Below are positions 47,658-64,000 of a stretch of DNA of 64,000 nt, in pieces (position 1 is the first letter of the stretch; each line of letters begins with the position of its first letter). The translations under genes and the position numbers were made by a program. The notes under the pieces are model-generated. The model was not told the DNA's origin, did not search any database, and was given only the letters and a program-made list of their open reading frames with translations. The stretch lies in NCBI RefSeq assembly GCF_009914755.1, contig NC_060947.1; one strand, written 5' to 3'. The stretch comes from the human T2T-CHM13v2.0 reference genome, Homo sapiens.

Positions 47658-48884
47658 TTAAACTAGACACCTTATTCCTTGAATTTTCTTTTTGTTTTTC
47701 TTTCATTCATTTATTCATTCCTTCTCATCAATTTTCCAGGCTAAGTTTCCACTATCCATCCACTATGATAATTTTCTCTCTTCTCTAATTTTTATGCCTC
47801 GTTTCACCCTTATCTAATGGCATTGATTAGTACTTGCCCAATAATGTTAAATAAAATTGGTAATGGTGGAATTTCTACCTTGTTTCTGATTTTAATGCTA
47901 CTGTTGTTTCACCATTAAGCATAGTGTTCAAGCCAATCACTCCAAAAGCTCTGGAAGCTCTCCTAAATCACTCCAGGCAAGCTGGCTTAAGGACCTCCAT
48001 AGCACCTTTTTTTTACCTTTATTGTAATCTGGAACACAATGAACTTGAGAATGTGTTTATCTTACTGAACAATGTTGACAAATTCTGTGTACATCCTCAA
48101 AGAAGTACTTTTCCACAGATCGCCCTCTGGGAAACACAGATTTAGAGAAATACATGATCAACAATACCAACCATAGCATAAAGGAGTTTAAGGATTGAGA
48201 CAAAACCATGAGGCTTAGAAAAAAGGAGGTCATCAGTGACCTTAAGGATAATGGTGATGATGATAGCTCATACTAATGGTATATTTACCAGGCATCAGTC
48301 ACTTGGCTGAGTAATTATACATGTTACCTTGTTTAATCTTCACATTACCCACCAAGGCAGAACAATTATTATCTCTGTTTTATAGCTGTGGCAATAGGCT
48401 GAAGAAACTTTCTTAAGATTATCACACAGTAAATAATAAAATGTGATTTCAAATTGCACTAGCTCTATAGCAGGAGCTCTTCCACATAATACTAGGAGAA
48501 TAAATCCAGAGCCTGCCCCAGGAATGTTTTGTTTGGCCAATTCATTATGGGATTTTTGTTTTGTTTTGTTTGTTTTTAAACTGTGAATGCCTTCAGTAGG
48601 CATACATACCATTGAATTTGTGAGTGTTTTTCAATTGCAGTCTCTGAAGTTTTATGTATTTAATTTTTATTTTATTATTATTATACTTTAAGTTTTAGGG
48701 TACATGTGCACAATGTGCAGGTTAGTTACATATGTATACATGTGCCATGCTGGTGTGCTGCACCCATTAACTCGTCATTTAGCATTAGGTATATCTCCTA
48801 ATGCTATCCCTCCCCCCTCCCCCCACCCCACAACAGTCCCCAGAGTGTGTTGTTCCCCTTCCTGTGTCCATGTGTTCTCATTGT

Positions 48885-52707
<3,823 letters not shown>

Positions 52708-52770
52708 TATGATGTTAGCTGGTTATTTTGCTCGTTAGTTGATGCAGTTTCTTCCTAGTCTCAATGGTCT

Positions 52771-53781
52771 TTACATTTTGGCATGATTTTGCAGCAGCTG
52801 GTACCGGTTGTTCCTTTCCATGTTTAGTGCTTCCTTCAGGAGCTCTTTTAGGGCAGGCCTGGTGGTGACAAAATCTCTCAGCATTTGATTGTTTGTAAAG
52901 TATTTTATTTCTCCTTCACTTATGAAGCTTAGTTTGGCTGGATATGAAATTCTGGGTTGAAAATTCTTTTCTTTAAGAATGTTGAATATTGGCCCCCACT
53001 CTCTTCTGGCTTGTAGAGTTTCTGCCGAGAGATCCGCTGTTAGTCTGATGGGCTTCCCTTTGTGGGTAACCCGACCTTTCTCTCTGGCTGCCCTTAACAT
53101 TTTTTCCTTCATTTCAACTTTGGTGAATCTGACAATTATGTGTCTTGGAGTTGCTCTTCTTGAGGAGTATCTTTGTGGTGTTCTCTGTATTTCCTGAATC
53201 TGAATGTTGGCCTGCCTTGCTAGATTGGGGAAGTTCTCCTGGATAATATCCTGCAGAGTGTTTTCCAACTTGGTTCCATTCTCCCCGTCACTTTCAGGTA
53301 CACCAATCAGATTTGGTCTCTTCACATAGTCCCATATTTCTTGGAGGCTTTGTTCGTTTCTTTTTATGCTTTTTTCTCTAAACTTCCCTTCTCGCTTCAT
53401 TTCATTCATTTCATCTTCCATCACTGATACCCTTTCTTCCAGCTGATCGCATCGGCTCCTGAGGCTTCTGCATTCTTCACGTAGTTCTCGAGCCTTGGCT
53501 TTCAGCTCCATCAGCTCCTTTAAGCACTTCTCTGTATTGGTTATTCTAGTTATACATTTGTCTAAATTTTTTTCAAAGTTTTTAACTTCTTTGCCTTTGG
53601 TTTGAATTTCCTCCTGTAGCTCGGAGTAGTTTGATCGTCCGAAGCCTTCTTCGCTCAACTCGTCAAAGTCATTCTCTGTCCAGCTTTGTTCCGTTGCTGG
53701 TGAGGAACTGCGTTCCTTTGGAGGAGGAGAGGCACTCTGCTTTTTAGAGTTTCCAGTTTTTCTGTTCTGTTATTTCCCCAT
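52771..53781 (-). pseudogene. L1 ORF1, nonsense at codon 4
   Basis: ATG GGG AAA TAA at 53781-53770. The downstream 295 codons are open and contain REKG and YPAKLS. Confidence 0.93.
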
Positions 53782-54364
53782 CTTTGTGGTTTTATCTACT
53801 TTTGGTCTTTGATGATGGTGATGTACATATGGGTTTTTGGTGTGGATGTCCTTTCTGTTTGTTAGTTTCCCTTCTAACAGACAGGACCCTCAGCTGCAGG
53901 TCTGTTGGAGTTTGCTAGAGGTCCACTCCAGACCCTGTTTGCCTGGGTATCAGCAGCAGTGGCTGCAGAACAGCGGATTTTCGTGAACCACGAATGCTGC
54001 TGTCTGATCGTTCCTCTGGAAGTTTTGTCTCAGAGGAGTACCCGGCCTTGTGAGGTGTCAGTCTGCCTCTACTGGGGGGTGCCTCCCAGTTAGGCTGCTC
54101 GGGGGTCAGGGGTCAGGGACCCACTTTAGGAGGCAGTCTGCCCATTCTCAGATCTCCAGCTGTGTGCTGGGAGAACCCCTACTCTCTTCAAAACTGTCAG
54201 ACAGGGACATTTAAGTCTGCAGAGGTTACTGCTGTCTTTTTGTTTGTCTGTGCCCTGCCCCCAGAGTTGGAGCCTACAGAGGCAGGCAGGCCTCCTTGAG
54301 CTGTGGTGGGCTCCACCCAGTTCAAGCTTCCCGGCTGCTTTGTTTACCTAAGCAAGCCTGGGCA

Positions 54365-54835
54365 ATGGCGGGTGCCCCTCCCCCAACCTCACTGCCACCT
54401 TGCAGTTTGATCTCAGACTGCTGTGCTAGCAATCAGCAAGACACCATGGGCGTAGGACCCTCTGAGCCAGGTGCGGGATTTAATCTCCTGGTGTGCCGTT
54501 TTTTAAGCCCGTCAGAAAAGCGCAGTATTAGGGTGGGAGTGACCCGATTTTCCAGGTGCCGTCTGTCACCCCTTTCTTTGACTAGGAAAGGGAACTCCCT
54601 GACCCCTTGCACTTCCCGAGTAAGGCAATGCTTCACCCTACTTTGGCTCGCGCACGGTGCACCACACCCACTGTCCTGCGCCCACTGTCTGGCACTCCCT
54701 AGTGAGATGAACCCAGTACATCAGATGGAAATGCAGAAATCACCCGTCTTCTGCATCGCTCATGCTGGGAGCTGTAGACCAGAGCTGTTCCTATTCGGCC
54801 ATCTTGGCTGCCCTCCAGTCTCTGAAGTTTTATAA
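54365..54835 (+). CDS. L1 ORF0-like antisense ORF (156 aa, extended); putative
   Basis: GCAATGG Kozak context. MAGAPPPTSLPPCSLISDCCASNQ matches the ORF0 N-terminus. Expression not demonstrated. Confidence 0.5.
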   Translation: MAGAPPPTSLPPCSLISDCCASNQQDTMGVGPSEPGAGFNLLVCRFLSPSEKRSIRVGVTRFSRCRLSPLSLTRKGNSLTPCTSRVRQCFTLLWLAHGAPHPLSCAHCLALPSEMNPVHQMEMQKSPVFCIAHAGSCRPELFLFGHLGCPPVSEVL

Positions 54836-54988
54836 ACTCTATTCATTCATTAATAAATTATTTCAACAAATATTTCCTGAGTGTCCACTGCATGCCAGGT
54901 ACTATGCTAGGCTCTGGAGATACAGCAATAAGCAAAAATGAGCAAAGACCCTATTTTCGTGTAGGCTTAATTAAATAACATACAAAAA

Positions 54989-54989
<1 letters not shown>

Positions 54990-55018
<29 letters not shown>
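54990..55018. repeat. (TG)14 microsatellite
   Basis: Perfect dinucleotide run. Confidence 0.95.
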
Positions 55019-55020
<2 letters not shown>

Positions 55021-58000
55021 TGCCAGGTAGTAATGTGTACTAAGAAGAAAAATAAATTCAGGGTAGCAGGGACAGAGTGTGACAGATGACTATATTGATT
55101 GTCTGCATTGATGGTGGGGTCACTGGGCATTTTTTATGAGGAGTACACTACATTTCCAGGTTTATTCAAGTTAGGAAATGGAGACATCTGATCATGTGTT
55201 GTAGAAAGAAAATCAGAAATCACATAGGAGCTGAAAAGGGTGGCATGAGTCTAATTGAGGAATTTCTTACTTTTCTGTGATAGAATAATGTGAATATTCT
55301 TGAAGAAATAAGGTAAAGCAAATGGCCCTGGGAGAGGTGGAGAAGGCAGGGCTAAGTGTGGAAGCTAGGTTCCAAAGTGACAGTATGCCTGAGATTTATG
55401 CCCTGGGAAGCAAAGGGATTATTTCCTCAAAAGCTTCATTGCACAAATTAACTCCCAAGGTATGCTATGTGGATAAAATCATCTCCTATACCAGTTCTCT
55501 GGGGACAGCAACCATTTTGGGTTGTTGGAAGCATTGCAGAATTGGTGGTAACACAGTTTCTATGGGCAGTTGCTTTAAGAACCTGAAGCTTGTTTTGAGG
55601 TTGCCATGGTAACACCACTGCTGGCTGCATACAACATCTCACCCAGGCTCTCTTGATCTAATAACCAGGACCCACATTGCCTTGAACTCCCTTAAACAAA
55701 GTGTGCTTTTAGCAGACTAGCTTTTTTTTTTTAACCTCTCTGATAAATCCATCAACCTATTTTATTTTGGTTTCTGTAAATTGCAAATTACTGAGGAGAG
55801 AGAAATTAGGAGAGGAATTGTATTGTTTTAAACTCATCATCCCGATTTAGAATACTTAATGCAAACTAATTAAAGATCTGCTTGTGCTATGATCTGCTAT
55901 TTTCCTGTTTTCAAGTTTTTGCATTTTGAAATCTATCATATCTCCTTGTTCACACAATAAGGCCTTAACAAACTCTTTGTGAATGTAGTTTCTCTGACCT
56001 CTCTACTCTCATAGAAAACCACAGGATACTCAGGAGTCTTGGGCTCTTTTCTTCCTAATGAGCTCTGTTTGCCATGGTTTAGGAGAGGAAGAACTCTGAG
56101 TATAGGGGATGATAGATTTTGCTAGTGTTCACTTAGACCTCTTCTCTCAAAAACATGGGTGAGAGAATCACAAATTTTTGACACTAGGATACTTGACAGT
56201 TTGGCCCAGTGGTCTTTTACCAAGATGGCTCCACATCTCCTACATCCCAATGATGATCATAAACACTTGCTGATTTAATAGACAATAATGTTAGTAGCCT
56301 GAAATCACACTAGTAGTTTGAAACCCATGATGAGGGTACAGATACACCATGGAAATCTAAATGCTGTGAAACAGTCCCCGCTTCCCACTGCTGGGCTGGT
56401 TGTTAATCATTTACTGGCATACCTGTATCAAACCCTTCCCTTATCATGCGGGTGGGGAGTGGTGAGAAACAGGCTTCTTATCACTAGATTCTATGTGGCC
56501 ATTAAATGATGGAAAATAAAAGAAAGGGAGAGCTGTAATGCATAATGCTCTTCATTTTTGTTTAGTAATTTATATTACTTTGGAACAAGATGAAATAAAA
56601 GATTTAAGATGAGATTTTTCTCTTTGCATAATAAAATGTGAAAAAATATTTGATTACAAAAGCTATCTTTATAGTAGCCACATTTTATTTGGTGACTTGC
56701 CTTCAGACTTAAGAATCTTTTCTAACAATTTTATCCCATTTACAAAAAAATGCTCAATAAATATTTCGAAAGATTAGGTCAAAAGCCCTTAAACTAATCT
56801 GTAGGGTTGACAATTAAGATATCATTTTTTTTCTATAACTGATCATTGAATTTTGTAGTGATGAGGGAAGGGTAGAATGCATAGTGAGTGACACACAAGT
56901 ACAAAAAAGAGTTGGTTATAATCCAAGACTTACATCTTAAAGTAGGAATAATTTTTAGGTTTTGCCATTCAAATCAGCAGATAGCCACGGTTATTACATT
57001 ACAAAAGATTTCTGAGCTCCAAGTGTTTGCCTGTACTTTGACTTACTAAGCATTCAAAAATATTTTCCTAACAGCATCATACTTTTATTTTCATGTTGTA
57101 TATATTTTAACCTTTAAGTTATCGTGGAAATTCCTTAACAGGGTCTTCTTCCCAGTAAACATGCAAACTGAAACATTAGCGCCCATTTATTCAGCATCTT
57201 AGAAGAAATATGCTTAATATAGTAGATTTTCCTAAATAACTTAAACCTTAACCCTTCAAATTCTAAGACCTTTTAGAAACCATTTATCTGAAATCCTTTT
57301 TAAATATTTTAAACATATTTCTTATTTCTTAAACTAAGAATTTAAACTCTCCTTGCTGTGATAGGGCAATCGTTTTTCTGCAATGTAGAAACAACTACTT
57401 TCACCAGCTTTTAAATTTTATTTAGTTATATCCTTAAATGCCAAACTGCAAAATGACCTTTGTCACTGGTGTGGTCATTGTATTGGCTCAGAAGCCCTGC
57501 TCCCCCCTCCCCTTTTAGTTTCCTGAGTAGTGTTTATTTATTATTGGCACTGAAATCCATTCATAAAACTTGTTTAGAGTTACATACTAGATTCGATTTT
57601 ATTAAGACTCTAAGTGAGGGTGTGAGAAGGAAAATCCTTCGCTTTTCAGAAGACTTTGTTGTGGTCATATCAGGCACTTGGAATATGGAGATAATGAAAT
57701 CTACTCCAAGGGATGGTTGTGAGAGGCAACAAGGAAAGGCATATGAAATGAATCTATAGGATGCTACTGAGAGGTCCCTTTATGCACACAACTGCTACAG
57801 GCCCCACCACTGTTGTTCAAAGTTCCCCACCGCTCCATCCCCTTAGGCAGTGTGGGGAGAGCCAGTTTCCCCTCCTTACAAGAGGAGCTGCCAGAGCAAT
57901 TCCAGTAGACCCTTGGGTATATTTATCTACCTAACTGGTTTTTAGTTAGGTTGATGAAAGGGAATGAGAAGAGATAAAACTTTTGCATCTGAGTTTCTCT

Positions 58001-58599
58001 GTTTTTAAATATGGAGTATTACTTTGAGCCTAAAAATGCTCATCACTTTCGACTTAGTAATCTCCCTTCTAGAACTTAACCCTAAAGAAATAATCAGACA
58101 TAAGGAGAAAGATTTATGCATAAACATATTTTTCATCTCACTTTCATCCCATTTTTACATTAGTCAGCACAAACTTTGGCTGTGTTCCAGAAAACATATT
58201 GCGCCAAGACTGGCAGACATTGGTTTGAGTTTATTTAACTGTCAGGGGATGGCTTTTCTTTGTGAGCTGATTCCACAAATTCATTACATACTTAAATCTT
58301 TTATGGGCATCAGCAATGTAAGAGTAGTGTACTTGAAGGGCTCAAAATTGCACACAAACATTAGCAGATAGCAGTGCTGGATATTATGGTTTAGACTTAA
58401 TATCTTTTAAGATATTTTAGATCTTGTAGACCCAAACTCATCCTTGATTTGGCTATGTGTATTCTATGACATTCTGTATATGAGTAAAATACTGGGTTCT
58501 GTGAGAGCAGGCATCAAGATAGAACTAGCTGTTTAAAAGATTTATTGTGGGAAAAGCCCGTGAAGGATAAAGGGGAAGGAGAGCATGAGTAGGGAATAA

Positions 58600-61060
<2,461 letters not shown>

Positions 61061-61677
61061 GCAATACTTCCTTAATTTTTCTGGTATTACTATGTTGGGT
61101 TTAAAAAATATTTTATCTATCCTGAAGGCTTTTAATTACAGGTGGAAACCTGTTCTCAGCTTTGTTTGAGCTAGTGAAAAAAGTATGAAGCATGGTTTCT
61201 ACCTTATGGTAACTTAGAAACTAGTGAAGGAAACAAGATCTAGCAAGCATGTAATCAAAATATAAATCATAGGACATGATTATACAGGATTTTTAAGTTG
61301 AGAAAAGCAAAGCATAGCTATACTGAGACCTGGTGTAGCTAGAGGAAGTTTTAAAGAAAATAGTCTCTTCTGTTAATACTATCAGGATTTCTGTATGAGG
61401 GAAATGATAGGGATTGATTTAGAGGCTCAAAAATTCTCTAAATATATGATTATCACCAGAAAACAAGATATATATATTTTAAGACCATTACATTTTGTTT
61501 CTGTTGACCAACTGAAATGCAAGATGACTAAATTAGTTATTTTTGAATCCCTTATGACAGATAATAAAAATTGGTGGCTCACTTAATCACAGTGTGGTCA
61601 GAATTTATTAGAAAGACAGCAAAATCATTGGATTGTATATGATACCCTGCATTTATTTGATGTGTAGACCTGGTTAA

Positions 61678-61851
<174 letters not shown>

Positions 61852-62169
61852 TAATGTAATATCTCACTCAAACTACAAGTGGCACCACTGGAAATCACAG
61901 GGCTAGAGGAGGTCTTAAGAGTTCATGCAGTTAAGCCGTTTGTCCTCCATAGCCCTAAAGTACTCCCATCAAATAAGCGTCCATTCTCTTTAACATGTAC
62001 GCACTGAAGACTGACAGCTTCTGAATTTCAGTGGAGTGAATTCAAAAAACATGAGCAAATAACTTCAATACAGTGTCATAATTTCCATACTAGAGACGTA
62101 AATGAAGTGTGTAGTGTCTCAGATGGGGTGATAGTTTGGCTGTACTGGAAGTGACTATACACCCGCAAT

Positions 62170-62199
62170 ACACACAGACACACACACACACACACACAC
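62170..62199. repeat. Interrupted (CA)n microsatellite in intron 2
   Basis: ACACACAGACACACACACACACACACACAC. Confidence 0.9.
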
Positions 62200-62753
62200 T
62201 TAGATTCCCTATTTATCCAATGACACACAACTTAATAGAAATGTGGTGGCAAAAACCCAAAAAACCAAAAACAGACAAAAAAAGAAATGTGGTGGCTGCA
62301 GTAAGCAGGAACAAATGTAGCATATTTTTGCATAACTTTTCCCTTGGCCCTTGTTCCCTAAGAAGTATGCTTCTGCCAGAGATACTCCTCAGGTCGCGTC
62401 TGGCTACATGTAAGAAGGAAGCCCAGTTCTTGCTACATCGCTGCTTTTTTTATACTTCGGCTTACATCACCATTCTGGAAAAAATGCATGCTATTATTTA
62501 CTACTATTAAGGGAATGGTTGCAGGTGGTTGACTCTGTGGGTACTGATGAAAGTAGGCAGGGAGATAATGAAGAGTGGGAAGGAAATAGGGGCAAAGATG
62601 GAAGTTTTTGCACATAAAAGTGGGGGAGAAAGGGAGAAGAGTCAGAGAGAAGTAGTAGAGGCAGAAGAGGAGGACCAGACTAGACCAGCAATGGGTAAGT
62701 CAGTGGACGAAAGAGGAAGGGGTGCTCAACAGTCAACTGACACAATATGAAGG

Positions 62754-62798
62754 CAAACAAAACAAAACAAAACAAAACAAAACAAAACAAAACAAAAA
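62754..62798. repeat. (CAAAA)n pentanucleotide repeat
   Basis: About 8 tandem CAAAA units. Confidence 0.9.
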
Positions 62799-63076
62799 CC
62801 CTCGCATTTGACAGAAGTTCATTAATTAATGAGCCCCTTTGCTAGAGTACACAAATAGAGTGTTAAAGACTAGGGATTGAGAGTAAAGACAAAACTAGAC
62901 TGTTGAAGTGACTGGAAAGAAAGGAAGCATCTATCTAACTAGAAGATGCTTCAGTTAGACTAATAACAGAATGGCGTAAGCAATGCAAACATTTGATTAT
63001 TTCACAGAAGTCTGGTGGCAGATAGTCCAGGCTGGTGCTCTTGCTTTTTGCTCTTCTTTCTGCTCTGATATTCTTT

Positions 63077-63402
<326 letters not shown>

Positions 63403-63864
63403 CTGCTCTGATATTCTTTGCATGTAGGTTTATTGTCTTGTGGTAACAAGATGGATGCTGAGATTCTAAGCATCAAGTTCTCATTCAAGGCTGAAAGGAG
63501 AGTGAAAGGGTGGCACTAGCCTTGTCTGCAACTAAGCTTTTCCTTCGCCAAAAGACCCCAGCAGACATTTGCTTTAGTCTCATTGGCTAGAGTTGAGTCA
63601 CATGGCTACCCTCAGCTGTCAGGGATCCTGGGAAAGTAAGTATTTCACAATACTAGGCTACATAATGGAAGCAGGCATGGGAGAGGAAATATCAATGGAT
63701 ACTAGAATAACCTACAGACAACATTTGAATTAGGATTTCATAGCAGCGATTTCAGCCACATTGTACCATGCTACCCTTCTGTCATTTGCTTCCTACCTTT
63801 TTAGATACAGGGATGTATCTAGGCCTATTTCTGCTTTGCTCAGCTCTAAGGGTGCTGTACAGCC

Positions 63865-64000
63865 TTGCTATGCAAAGTGTCATCTGTGGGTCAGTAGCCC
63901 CAGAATCAACTGGGATTTTGATAGAAATGCAGAATATCAGGCCCTATCTCAGAACTGCTGAATCTGGATCTGCATTTTGACAACATCTCCAGGGGACACT
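63865..64000. mobile_element. MER5A-like DNA transposon
   Basis: AGAATCAACTGGG...AGAAATGCAGAAT...CTGAATC...TCTGCATTTTGACAA motifs. Confidence 0.6.

Noticed and set aside
62170-62199. Identification as the published MAOA intron 2 (CA)n marker
   Set aside because: The tract is short and I cannot confirm it is the published marker, so it is reported only as a microsatellite.

Overview
This is primate genomic DNA, almost certainly human Xp11, covering about 34 kb upstream of MAOA (monoamine oxidase A) and the 5' end of the gene on the + strand. Visible MAOA parts are a CpG-island promoter (decamer dVNTR with 9 units, 30-bp uVNTR as a 4R-type allele with one variant unit, two 90-bp Sp1 repeats), coding exon 1 (34547-34619), a 27.1-kb intron 1, exon 2 (61733-61827) and the start of intron 2. 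The rest is mostly transposon-derived: a MER4-type provirus with a nested LTR7 and AluY, a deleted class I provirus with gag/pol/env remnants, a full-length antisense L1PA in intron 1, many Alus, and L2/MIR/L1M/DNA-transposon relics. Two observations stand out. (1) The 1.3 kb upstream of the MAOA ATG looks like a coding sequence broken by one base: an ATG at 33240 opens a 411-codon frame through the uVNTR, and one extra C at 34018-34022 would fuse it in frame to MAOA as a 436-aa Ser/Pro-rich extension whose peptide repeats continue across the break. (2) The intronic L1 keeps an ORF0 start and a phase-1 splice donor in frame with MAOA exon 2. Repeat subfamily names were assigned by eye from memory of consensus sequences and need RepeatMasker/Dfam confirmation.
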